NCBI RefSeq assembly: GCF_006345805.1
Contig: NC_043000.1
Span: 107,260,001 to 107,324,000 of the forward strand
Direction: 5' to 3'
Source: Octopus sinensis
Taxonomy: Eukaryota
DNA length: 64,000 bases
Part shown: positions 51,306-63,016 of the stretch, piece after piece
Layout of the letters: each line of letters starts with the position of its first letter
Numbering within the stretch: the stretch's first letter is position 1
Made by a program: the position numbers and the translations under genes
The notes under the pieces: generated by a model
Databases searched by the model: none
What the model was told of the DNA's origin: nothing
Seen by the model: only the letters and a program-made list of their open reading frames with translations

Positions 51306-52574
51306 ATTCCTTTATTCTTTTATGCCAGCATTATCACCTTTCCAATAGCCATTCCCTTGCATGCATATAAATATGAACAGCATATTATATATATATATAT
51401 ATTGATATAAATATATATGTGTGTATTTATACACATTTACATACATACATATATATATATATATATACACATACACACACATACAAACATACACAAACAC
51501 ACACACACACACACACATACTTTTGGTGACATAGATACATATAATTCTAAAACACTAGAGTGTGGCCAATAGCATGTATTTGAGCAACATAGACAAATAC
51601 AGGCATATCAAATACCATACAACATAAATTCTTGATTTAAAAATTATCTCAGCCTCTAGAAGACATGTCATAATTACCAAATGACAATTAAAACCAGCTT
51701 CATATGACAAGGAGAGATAATTTCAATAAACAAGAATTCTGCATAGTCAACATACCAATAAAGCAAAAGAATAGACTCATTGTCTGGAGGTAAAAGGACA
51801 GACATCATACATGTTTCTACCTCAGTAATCATCATCAGCATGACAATTGTCCGACCTTAATGCCATTAACCAAGGGAAGTTTGATAGATAGATAGACATA
51901 ATAGTTAACAGATTAGATCCTTTGTATATGCACACAAATCAGCAAGGATCAAAATAGGGATGCATACATTTATTTTCTGTATGCTTCTGTATGCAAGAAA
52001 GTGAAAGGCATTCCAGCGTGAGATTTGTCTCTGGAAAATTTTTTCTTCTCTATCAACTTTGTGTGGAAAACCACATGAAACCAAGCTGAAAGTGATGCCA
52101 GCAGACAAACAGATATGGCGGTTTGGGGGTGATTTCAAGGCTTACTGCCTCCATTGTTTGGAGTTAAGTTGCCTGACCCCAATATAATGCATGGTATTTC
52201 TAAGCTCCAAATGCTGAGTTTGTGTCAACTCACATATGTTCTGACTTCTAAATTCCTATCTAAAAGATAAGTACATGGCAAAATATTTATTAATAAATGA
52301 ATGACAGAACATCATTTAACATCTATTTTCCAGTCTGATTTGGCTTGGTTTCTATGACTGAATGTGCTTCCTAATGCCAACCACTGTACAGAGTATGCTG
52401 GGTGCTTTTTACGTGCAACACAGGTACTTTTTTATGTGGACCAGCACAAAGGCTCTCAGAAAAGATGTTACATAAAGACCTACATTGGCTGCAGTAGTTT
52501 CCATTGTTGAAAACTGTTTTCACAGATAGTTCCTTATAGTGGGAAAAACTGTAAGCAAATGAATGTCATTACAT

Positions 52575-52965
52575 AACTCCTTGTTTGTTATTACTTAAAA
52601 TATATATGTATGTATTTCCATCGTCTTGGCTTAACAGCCCTCACTGTTTGTTTTTACTGTTTTGTTCTCATTGTTCTGTCTTTTACTGTTTTTACTTTTT
52701 TATTGTTTTTACTGTCCTGTTCTTGTTACCACTTTCACCCTCCGCAAAAAGGTCCCAAATTTTATTTGATTTGCTTTGCAGGAAGGATTGTTTCAACGAA
52801 ATCACGTCTTGTCCATACCTTCGAAACGTGGAGTAATTGAAACAGGGACAACTGAAGAAGGGGAATATTCTTTATGTTGTATGTCTCGTTTCTCTGTTTT
52901 GTTTTTATGTTTTCGTTTCTCATTGTGTTCAACGTTTTTTTGATGTCCTGTACCCTTATATGCAT
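52575..52965 (+). mobile_element. Penelope-like/pLTR-type repeat, paralog of 63700-64000 (-)
   Basis: Colinear similarity (TTTGCAGGAAGGATTG...CCTTCGAAAC...AAGGGGAATATTC...TTTTTATGTTTTCGTTTCTC...GTCCTGTAC) ending at (TA)n. PLE affiliation is inferred from the hammerhead and microsatellite context. Confidence 0.65.
52789..52863 (+). ncRNA. Non-circularly permuted hammerhead ribozyme candidate
   Basis: CACGU-C|UUGUCC-AUA-CCUUC-GAAACGUG-...-GGACAA-CUGAAGA-AGGGG. Helix I 52809-14/52846-51, helix III 52803-07/52826-30, and an extra helix 52789-96/52837-44. Confidence 0.72.
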
Positions 52966-53170
52966 GTATATATACATATATATGTTGGTATGTAAATATT
53001 GTATATATGCATATATTTATATATTATATATATATATATATATAATATATATATGATATATATAATATATATATAATATATATATATCTTATATATACAT
53101 ATATATATATATATGAGATATATATAATATATATAAATATATAATTATAATATATATAATATCTTATATA

Positions 53171-53243
<73 letters not shown>

Positions 53244-53267
53244 TGAAATATCGGTTCCATTCTAGCA

Positions 53268-53313
53268 AAAACTGTCCGATGAACGGCAACGGGAAACTCA
53301 GAGTAACAGTTTT
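53268..53313 (+). ncRNA. Compact type I hammerhead (U4C variant)
   Basis: AAAACUGU-CCGAUGA-ACG-GCAA-CGG-GAAAC-UCAGA-GUA|ACAGUUUU inside a ~110-bp fragment between (TA)n tracts. Confidence 0.68.
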
Positions 53314-53944
53314 GTTGAATTTTCTGCTGCTGCTTTAAATAAAGTATAAATATATTATATATATATATATATTATTATATATATCTTATATATATATACA
53401 CACACATATATATATATCCGTATATTTGTGTGTGTGTGTGTGTCTGTGAACAAAGATAAAAGGAGGGTATGGGGAGAGAGGGTGGTAGAGCAGGTAGTAA
53501 TTCGGATTTAGAATTGTTTTGAAGCTCTTAAGGATCTTTGGAAAGCGACAGAATGGGCAAGCTAAGAACATTTACAATAATAAATCTGCTGAATTAGGAT
53601 TCCAAATTGCTGCTCAACAACAACAACAACTACAATCAAAAACAAAACTATCAACAGCAACAACTGCAACAAAATGAGAGAGAGAAAGAGAAAGAGAGAG
53701 AGAAAGAGAGAGAGAAAGAAGAGAGAGAGAGAGTGAGAGAGAGAGAGAGAATATATTGATCCAACATCTCTGACTTTTGGAGATATCTATATATGAATGT
53801 TCGTCCACAGTAAATTTCTGACGTCGAAACCGTCAATGTAATTTTCTTTTAAACCGTTATTGACATCTAATTACAGAAGAGAGAAATTGATATAATAGGA
53901 TGTTTTTATTTCGTGTAAGATGAATTTACACGAAATGCTGATAA

Positions 53945-54180
53945 AATGGTAATAACGATGAAGATGAGAACGGGCGACGACGACCGCAACGACCATGATG
54001 GTGATGATGATGACAACGACGATGACAATGATGGTGATGATGATGACAACGACGATGACAATGATGGCCGCGGCGGCGACTATGGCGACGTGGCCATTTA
54101 AGACGGCAACGACGATAATAAAAATGACAACTTCGACAAAAACGACGATGAACATGATGCGTATAATGGCGATGACAGCT
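53945..54180. repeat. Degenerate (GAT/GAC/AAC)n trinucleotide region with internal 33-bp duplication
   Basis: Directly visible. Confidence 0.8.
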
Positions 54181-54689
54181 ATTTCAACTCTTTACCATTT
54201 ATCCGAAAACTTGCAGACGTTGAAATATTTTCGAAACGTATTTTACAATTATATAAATTATCGAAATTCTTTCATTTATATTTACGATGAACATGAAATA
54301 AAATCTAATACAAACATAGGATATTTTAATCGAAACTGTAAACATAAAAGTTATTTTTCTGAACAGATTCTATAATTATATATTACCGATCGTATCAATG
54401 TCAAATCTTTCGGTTTACTGTTGTTTTTGCTTGTTTGTCGTTTTTGTTGGTTGTCTTTATTTCAAATTATACAACTTAATCGATTCCTACATTCATACAC
54501 ATACTTCTTACAGAGTCCAGTTGAAAGAAGTAAACACACAGTTTAGTGTCGTAATAAAAAAAATTAAAAAAACTGAAAATTAATTGCAATGGATACTGGA
54601 AGTGACGACAGTGAAATCCCATAATTTCTTCATATTTATATAACACGAAAATGATACATAGAACGTACAAACAGCTTTTTCACGTATTG

Positions 54690-54975
54690 TGGCTTATTGG
54701 TTAAGGTATCCTGCTCACGATCATATAGTCGTGGGTTCGATCCCTGGTAGCGCATTATGTCCGTCAGCAAGACGCTTTATTTCACGTTGCTCCAGTCCAT
54801 TCAGCAGGCCAAAATGCGTTGTACTTGTAATTCGAAAGGTCAGCCCTGTCATATTCTCTGTCACGCCGAATCTCCCTGAGAACTGTGTGTTTGTGGAGTG
54901 CTCGGCCACTTGCACGTGTAAAGGTTGTTTCTTGGAATGGCTGCAATGCTCTTGTTCGGGTCACCGATTGTAACG
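54690..54975 (+). mobile_element. SINE family 3, degenerate
   Basis: tRNA-like head GTGGGTTCGATCCCTGG plus AAGACGCTTTATTTCACGTTGCTCCAGTCCA. Confidence 0.75.
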
Positions 54976-55220
54976 GGAGAAATTGATTTGTAAACAATAT
55001 TATGAAATGTCGGTGTCAGCAGTTGTTGTTATAATTCTCTTTCCATCTCCTTATTCTTTTACTCCCTTCCTCCATGTTATCTTATTGATATATACCATTC
55101 TCACTTTCCATATCCCCCCCCCCCCAATTTATCTCTGATAACAGAAAATATCATACCCGAGGATATCCAGAAACAGGTGTAAGATTTTGAATTTCTTCCT
55201 GCATAACAATATATATATAT

Positions 55221-55285
<65 letters not shown>

Positions 55286-55474
55286 TTACATATATAAATA
55301 TAAACCTCAGTTGTTTTTTTATATATGTAATACTATTTACTGAACCTCAGTTTTTTTTATATGCTAGACTACTGGAGCTAAAATTGATGTTATCAAATTA
55401 ATATCCAACTTTTTCACCCTCATTTTAATTTTAATTTTATATATATATATATTATATATATATATATATATATA

Positions 55475-55818
55475 CTAGCAGTATCGCCCGGCGTTGCTCG
55501 GGTTTGTTTCGACCCGCTGGAATTGGAATTTTTGAAAAGTAAAAATTTTGCATTATGTAGCTTGTTATTCTCTTCAAGTGAACATTTTTCTGGTTGAAAT
55601 ACACCGAAAAGTGGCGACACAGCAGTGAAAAAAATCGTAAAAAATAGGGATTTTCATAGAAAAAAGCACCTTTTTGGTGTTAACATGGCCCGATTTGAAT
55701 TTTATCTTCTACGGAAGGAAGAGCAACCCTTCTATCATACTCTGAATTTTAGTCAACTTGTGCCGCAGGGTCTCGGAGGAGATAGTGTTAGTTGAAGGCT
55801 GCTTTATATATAGAGAGA
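55475..55818 (-). mobile_element. Non-autonomous Helitron
   Basis: A|TC 5' end and CCCGAGCAACGCCGGG hairpin + CTAG|T 3' end. Paralog of 22489-22878. Confidence 0.9.
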
Positions 55819-56039
55819 TAACACATACACATTAATATACATACATACACACACACATCTATGTATGTATGGATGTATGTATGTATATATGTACATCTGT
55901 CCACTTCTTGCCATATTTTTATCCTTCACTTCCTACACACACACACACACACTCACACCTTCTTAGCTTACAATTTTCTTTCAACAATTGATACTGTCAT
56001 ATATGTATATGTTTGTGTGTCTATGTGTGTAAAGAGAAA

Positions 56040-56480
56040 GTGTGCTAATAGGCGGAGTAAAGCCTTTGAAGTGAGAGAGGGAAATCGTAAAATATTGAGT
56101 TTTTTCAAATTTTTGCTTAATTGGGGGTGAAATTGAAAGAAATTTATATGCCATGACCGAATGGAATGTACTTCGAAAAATCATAGGTAAATTCCAATTG
56201 AAGAAATTGTGTGAGGAGTAAATCGTTATGTATTTATTTGTTTCTGTTTGCTCTGTATTTTTTTGAGTAGTGGTTTAAGGTACACTTGCAAAGAGAAAGT
56301 AGGAGAAAGTATGGTAATAGCAGGAGTGAAGCAGTTGAAATTAGAGAGGCAAATCGTAAAATATTTACTTTTTCTCGAATTTTTGCTTAATTGTGGGTCA
56401 AATTGAAAAAACTTTATATGCCATGACCCAATCGAATCTACTTCGAAAAATCATAGGTAAATTCTAATTGAAGAAATTCT
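56040..56480 (+). repeat. Two diverged direct copies of ~165 bp, period ~269 bp
   Basis: AAATCGTAAAATATT...TTTTTGCTTAATTG...TATATGCCATGACC...CTTCGAAAAATCATAGGTAAATTC occurs twice. Confidence 0.85.
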
Positions 56481-56560
56481 ATATTGTAGAATTGTATTAA
56501 AAAGGAACATGGGAACAGGCAAAGAAAATCTGCCTGTTATCATAAAAGATATATAGTGAA

Positions 56561-56865
56561 GGCGCATGGCTTAGTCTTTAGGGCATTCGGCTCACGATCG
56601 TAAGATAGTGAGTTCAATTCCTGGCGACGCGTTGTATCCTTGAGCAAGACACTTTATTTCACGTTTCTCCAGTCCACTCAGCTGGCAAAAATGAATAGTA
56701 CCTGTATTTCAAAGGCCCAGCCTTGTAACACTCTGTGTCACGCTGAACCTCCCCGAGAACTACGTTAAGGGAAAATGTGTCTGTGGAATGCTAATTTCAC
56801 CAGCAAGCTGTTCCGTTGATCGTATCAGCTAGGACCCTCGTCGTCGTAACCGACGGAGTGCTCCT
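56561..56865 (+). mobile_element. SINE family 3, full length
   Basis: Paralog of 16111-16439. Confidence 0.88.
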
Positions 56866-57250
56866 ATATATACACAATTGAAGCAGCATTAAATTATAAT
56901 AGCCTTCTATGCATCATAGTTGACGTATATATACTACTGACAGGCAAGATACTGCAGTTTCTGTCCGAATTAAAATTTCATAGATGTGTTGTGTTAAAAA
57001 ATACAATATATATCAGAGGAAGAGGGAAAATCATCTTGGCAGTATATAGCGTGAACACCAGATGTATTTCGACTTTCTTAGACTTTGTCTATATACCTGT
57101 GTTTGTCGGTGTTGTTCAAATACATCTTACTGGCCATTCTGGGTTGTTTTTCTTTGCTCATTTTTGTTTGAAATATAAATTATCTAGGTCATAAATGTGT
57201 TCAACTCTTTTTGTATACGTCTAAGTCTCTTAGCTCCTGGAAGTTAGTAC

Positions 57251-57302
57251 GATTATAGTGCTGATGACGCTTTTGTAGCAGAAATATGTGATCACAATTA
57301 TC
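57251..57302 (+). ncRNA. Decayed type I hammerhead-like motif
   Basis: GAUUAUAGUG-CUGAUGA-CGCU.UUUGU.AGCA-GAAAU-AUGU-GAU|CACAAUUAUC. Helix I has 8/10 pairs, but position 16.1 is A rather than U. Confidence 0.4.
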
Positions 57303-57534
57303 CCCTTATCCCCAGGCAATAACACTACTCATTTCCATAATGGCATGTCGACTTGGGAGACCTCTTGATTATTGAGAATTTTCCCCTTCTCATAAGGAGC
57401 TAGTCTTAATTGCCACTTGGTAATTATGATGCATCCAGACGGAAACACTTTTAATAAATCCAAATCACGAATTTATGTTGTACAGTATTTGATGTATGTA
57501 TGTTTGCCTATGTTGCATTTCCATAGATATAAAT

Positions 57535-57586
<52 letters not shown>

Positions 57587-57611
57587 CCAGATAGATAGAT
57601 TAATTGATTGG

Positions 57612-57698
<87 letters not shown>

Positions 57699-57723
57699 CC
57701 AGATAGATAGACTGATTGATTGG

Positions 57724-57759
<36 letters not shown>

Positions 57760-57831
57760 AAAATGGAAAGAAAAAAATACATATTTTGCACCGGCTTGGA
57801 ATCTATAGGGCAAATCACAAACTGAAGGCTT

Positions 57832-57880
<49 letters not shown>
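57535..57880. repeat. (GATA)n array with duplicated variant block, then (TAG)n
   Basis: Directly visible. Confidence 0.95.
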
Positions 57881-58924
57881 TACTGGGATCCAAGTGATCT
57901 TTAATCGACCATATCTCTGATCAGTGGCGCTCCAACACTGACATTTTATCTAGAATTATATTATTTCAATATTATGTAATATTACTTTCTTTTCTTTATA
58001 AGACAACAATGTGTGGATTGGATGAGAATTAGGTTGTTGTTTCTAGCAGGTTGAGTGACCACATTAAGAAACTTCCCTCATCGGTTCGCGCTTCAGGTTT
58101 ATTTGAAGACTTATTTGATGAAGAAGATTCCTATACACAAAGAGCAGAAGAAAACAAACTAGGAGTCCCCACCAAACCTAGTGATGTGATTACCACGTTT
58201 GAAACATTAATTACATAATATACTTCAAACAACATTCAAAGAGGAAAAAATATATAAGTCACGTATTACAGAAAGTATAGATACACACACAAACAACGTT
58301 TATTTTCAAACCAATATGCTTTTGGTTTAGCAGATTACATATTTATATGACTTAAAACGTTTTTCTTCTTATGCAAACATTTAAGTTTCCGGTGAGCTTC
58401 TGATAAATTCTGTTATTCCTCACATGTTATATTTAATCCTATTAACGAAACCCAGTTTCTGTTATCTACTAAAATGAAGAAAGAAGAAAAAAATTGAGCC
58501 AAAGAAAGAACTAATTTGTAAATCATGTAACGTTATGTTTTCTTTGTTCGCTATAAAACCTTTAACACAGTAACTTTAAATCAAACGAAAAGAACACGTT
58601 TCCCCAAGTTCAAATATAAAGTATTTAAGCCATAATTTTTTTTTTCGTAAAGAACATAAATATATATTTTTGATCTGTTATTCAATGCTTGCTTTCATTA
58701 GAGATTAAAATATTAAGACAACAACGAAGCTTTTGGTTTTATTTTATTTTCGTAAATAAAAATCAATTTTAATATTTAGTTTGGAAGTGAGTATATGCGT
58801 GTGTGTGTATGTATCTATGTAAGTGCATGTGTATATATCTATGTATGTACATATATGTACGCGTGTGTATGCATGAAAAAGTATATGCATATATAAACAT
58901 ATAAATTATATAATATATATATAT

Positions 58925-58956
<32 letters not shown>

Positions 58957-59142
58957 AACATACACATCCGTGCACACATACAAACAGATGCAAGTATAGC
59001 TAAGATGTTTACTCTATCCAGCAATTTTAGAAAACAAAATTATTCTCTGTATAAGCGATGTATGTAGACTAAATATCTATCTATCTGTCTGTCTGTCTGT
59101 CTATCTATTTATCTCATACAATCATCTGTAATTGTGATCTTA

Positions 59143-59640
59143 GATACAGGAGCGACTGTGTGGTAATGTTTGCTGCGTAACTACATGGTTCAGCTTCAGT
59201 CGCGTAGGACCTAGGGCAAAGTGTCTACTATAGCCTCGAGCCGATCAAGGCCATGTGAGTGGATTTGGTGGATGGAAACTGAAAGAGTCCCGTTGTATAC
59301 ATGTGTGTGTGTTTATGTTCTGTGACTCCACAATTACTTGACAACTTAGTGGTTCGGCAAAATAAACAGAAAGAATAAGTACTAGGCTTAAGAAGAAAAA
59401 AAAATCTCGCTATTTAGGCAAACGATAAGAAATACGTTTGAATGACTATCCTTCTGTTAGACCTTCAACAGCCAGAGAAAGTTCAAAAGGTCAACTTATT
59501 CTCATTAATCTGTAAGTGCCGAGAGAAGATAACAAATGACTTTAAATATATATTTTAAAATATTGATTTTTCTGCGACTAAAAATTCTTCAAGCTGGTGC
59601 CCCAGCATGTCTGCAATCAAATGACTGAAACAAGTAAAAA
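59143..59640 (+). mobile_element. SINE family 1, degenerate and interrupted
   Basis: Similarity to other copies. Confidence 0.7.
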
Positions 59641-59646
59641 GATTTT

Positions 59647-60489
59647 GGATCTTTTCGGTTTGAACGACAGTTTTTAACATAATTTCTAGGTAACTAAAAA
59701 ATTTAAAACTTAGTATACCGGTAGAATGTGTTTATAAAACATCATTTTCTCTTGGCTTTCTTGAGAAAATTCTGTAGTTTGTAACATATTTCGTCTTTAA
59801 TTTCTTGCATTTCGGCAATTTTAACCAATCACTGGCGTCCATTGAGGTAAACAATATTCTGTGCCGTATGAATATGTCCCTCGTTTAAGAAACAGATTGG
59901 GTTTATTTACATTTGTGAAGAAAAAAAGATACCCTAACCATAACCATAACCATAACCCTAACTCTAACTAACCCTAAATGTAAAATAGATTGAAATGCAA
60001 AAGATCGATTCTAGGGTCATAATTATGGGTGACAATTTCATATGACACCGCTAGGGAAAATGGCAGTTTTTTCTAGCGGTGCCATATGAAATTGTCACCC
60101 ATAATTATGACCCTAGTATCGATCTATTGCATTTCAATCAGTTTTAGATTTAGGGTTAGTTAGGGTTAGTTGGGGTTCGGGTTAGGGTTAGGGTGGGGGA
60201 AGGGTATATTTTTTTCTTCACAAATATAAATAAACCCAATCTGTTTCTTCAACGAAGGACATATTCATACGGCACAGAATGTTGTTTACCTCAATGGACG
60301 CCAGTGATTGGTTAAAATTGCCGAAATGCTAGAAATTAAAGACGAAATATGTTACAAACTACAGAATTTTCTCAAGAAAGCCAAGAGAAAATTATGTTTT
60401 ATAAACACATTCTACCAGTATACGAAGTTTAAAATTTTTTAGTTACCTAGAAATTATGTTAAAAACTGCCGTTCAAACCGAAAAGATCC
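59647..60489. mobile_element. Palindromic head-to-head dimer of the 4653-5055 MITE
   Basis: ~410-bp inverted arms and perfect 8-bp TSD AAGATTTT at 59639-46 and 60490-97. Confidence 0.93.
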
Positions 60490-60834
60490 AAGATTTTTAG
60501 AAAATAAAAGAAACCGAGCGGGTTATTAAAAAATTTCCAGAGATTTGGCTGTTATTTCTAGCACGTGGAGATATCTTCTAGGCTTAACTTCATGCGCTGG
60601 TTGAAAATCATGTAAAAAAAATTCTGGAATTGTTAAATTTGACTAAAAAGTCTTCAAGATAATGCCCCTGCATGGCGACAGTCTAATATCTGCCACAAGT
60701 AAAAGGGTAAAAAAAATTTTCTAGGATCGATACGTTCAACAAAAAATCCTTCAAGGTGGTGCCTTAGCATGGCCGCAGTCTAATCACTGAAACAAGGTGA
60801 AAAAATGAAAAAAATAATCGAAAAATATAACCTT

Positions 60835-61296
60835 GGGGCTTTTGTCCGAGGGTCTTTTGTCCGAGGGTCTTTTGTCCAAGGGTCTTTTGTCCGTGGGTCT
60901 TTTGTCCGAGGGTCTTTTGTCCGAGGGTCTTTTGTCCGTGGGTCTTTTATCCGTGGGGCTTTTGTCTGAGGGTCTTTTTTCCGTGGGGCTTTTGTCTGAG
61001 GGTCTTTTGTCCGTGAGTCTTTTGTCGGAGGGTCTTTTGTCCGAAGGTCTTTTGTCCGAAGGTCTTTTGTCCGAAGGTCTTTTGTCCGTGGGGCTTTTGT
61101 CCGAGGGTCTTTTGTCCGTGGGGCTTTTGTCGGAGGGTCTTTTGTCCGAGTGTCTTTTGTCCGTGGGTCTTTTATCCGTGGGGCTTTTGTCCGAGGGGCT
61201 TTTGTCCGAGGGTCTTTTGTTCGTGGGACTTTTGTCCGTGGGTCTTTTGTCCGAGGGTCTTTTGTCCGAAGGTCTTTTGTCTGTGGGGCTTTTGTC
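60835..61296. repeat. Minisatellite, ~31 x 15 bp (GGGKCTTTTGTCCGW)
   Basis: Directly visible. Confidence 0.97.
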
Positions 61297-61409
61297 TTAC
61301 ACTCGTCGCGCACATATGGTTGTGATGGATATTAGTCATGGTGGGTATACTGGGCTTCGTATATTTGTACCCCAGTGTCATTTTGATGGCATGCGCTGCT
61401 CTCTCACTC

Positions 61410-61487
61410 AATAATAATAATAATGATAATAATAATAGTTGTTAATTATAATAATAATAATAATAATAGTTGTTGTTGTTGTTGTTA

Positions 61488-61558
<71 letters not shown>
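61410..61558. repeat. (AAT)n-(GTT)n-(ATT)n microsatellite
   Basis: Directly visible. Confidence 0.95.
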
Positions 61559-61559
<1 letters not shown>

Positions 61560-62758
61560 GAGAGTAACTTCCACGGTTTCCCATCATATAACGACCATCT
61601 TTGGAAGTAGACTTTTGCCACCATGGGTAACGTCAGTGAATATGGCATACGATAATCATAATGTAACTTATTTCAAATTTTTTGGTGCTCATACAAAATG
61701 ATGAAATCAATACTAATTTTCAAAAAATATTAAAATATGTTTCTCATTTGTATAACTCATCCCAAAACTATACGGTCATACACTCTCCCACTCTGTATGT
61801 TTGATACTTTGTTATTGCGTGTGTGTGTGTGCGCGCGCGCGTGCGTGTATGTGTGCATATAGTTTTTGTTTATGCCTTGCCTGCCACCAAACCTAATATG
61901 TGAACTCATCCTGCACCTTTTATGTTTACTCCCTTTGTATCTCCGTTTTACACTCTCTTACCTTATTTCTATACGATGTAAAGCAAGCAAGCAACCAAAC
62001 ATTTATATTTGTTATTATTACGTAGTGATTATTTATTGCCCTAGTCAGACGGGCGACCTTACGTGCTCTCTAGATTTGCGTATTTAGCGAATAAAATTAA
62101 GGTGGAATGTGTTTCATGAAAAGCAGAATTTCTACATGGAAAACTAATTAGCTGTTTATGTTATTTCTCCCATTTTGGAAAAAATAATGCTGAATTTGTA
62201 AAGAAAATATGTTGGTTTTCATTTATAAAGAAATAGAATGGCTTTTTCATGCACGAATGTGTCTAAGATTTCAAACCAGAACGAACACGATTTCACAGGC
62301 GTTAAACAGAAAAATTGAAAATAACCATAAAACATTTTATTACAATGAGCACACATTTTTAAAGGAGGGAATGACATTTTTGTTTGGAGCAACAATGGAG
62401 AGATCTTTCGTAGCAACAACGATACAACAGCATCAAGAAAAATTATACACACGTACAAGTTTTAGTCGAGTGAGAATATTTGCGACAATGGAAGCAGTTT
62501 CGCCAGCATTGCTTCACATATAAAATTATTGGAAATTTATTATAGTGTCCAATTGGAGAAGAATGTGTTGCGACAGTGTTACAAAGTAGTGTATCTCTTT
62601 GCCTTGGTTATGGGGAAGTACTACCTTACTCGGAGCGGCTCAGTGTTAGCGACAGGAAGTGTAGCCGGTCGTACAAAATTTGCCTCAAGAAATTCCGCCG
62701 ACACTTCTAAGCATGAAAGGGAATATTAAATCAATGATTAAAACGATGATTATATATA

Positions 62759-62798
<40 letters not shown>

Positions 62799-62810
62799 AA
62801 TATTTGTATA

Positions 62811-63016
62811 CAGTAATCCCTCGACTATCGCGGTTGTTACGTTCCAAAACCACCCGCGATAGACGAAAATCCGCGAAGTAGAAACAGTAGTGTGTTGTAT
62901 ATTTATTAATATTTTCATAATTTGTATATATTTATTTTATTATAAATGCAAAACAACACCACAGAGAAATCGACGTAAGCTTCAATAAAAAACCGCGATA
63001 TGGCGAAGGATTACTG
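62811..63016. mobile_element. Tigger/pogo-like MITE
   Basis: TA|CAGTAATCCCTCG ... CGAAGGATTACTG|TA. Confidence 0.8.

Noticed and set aside
53812-53852. CTGACGTCGAAAC as a hammerhead core
   Set aside because: A9 is missing, there is no helix II and helix I does not pair.
53995-54375. Asp-rich or Met/Thr-rich ORF (biomineral-like acidic protein)
   Set aside because: It is a degenerate trinucleotide repeat, and the Asp-rich frame has an internal stop.
60145-60200. True telomere or chromosome-fusion site
   Set aside because: The tracts are short, degenerate and internal to a MITE present elsewhere in the window.
60780-61414. (TKDPR)n and (GLLSE)n proteins
   Set aside because: These follow from a 15-bp tandem unit. 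There is no non-repetitive coding context or splice evidence.
62209-62729. Two adjacent ORFs (104 and 66 aa)
   Set aside because: There are no recognisable motifs, they have non-ATG starts, and there is no convincing splice context.
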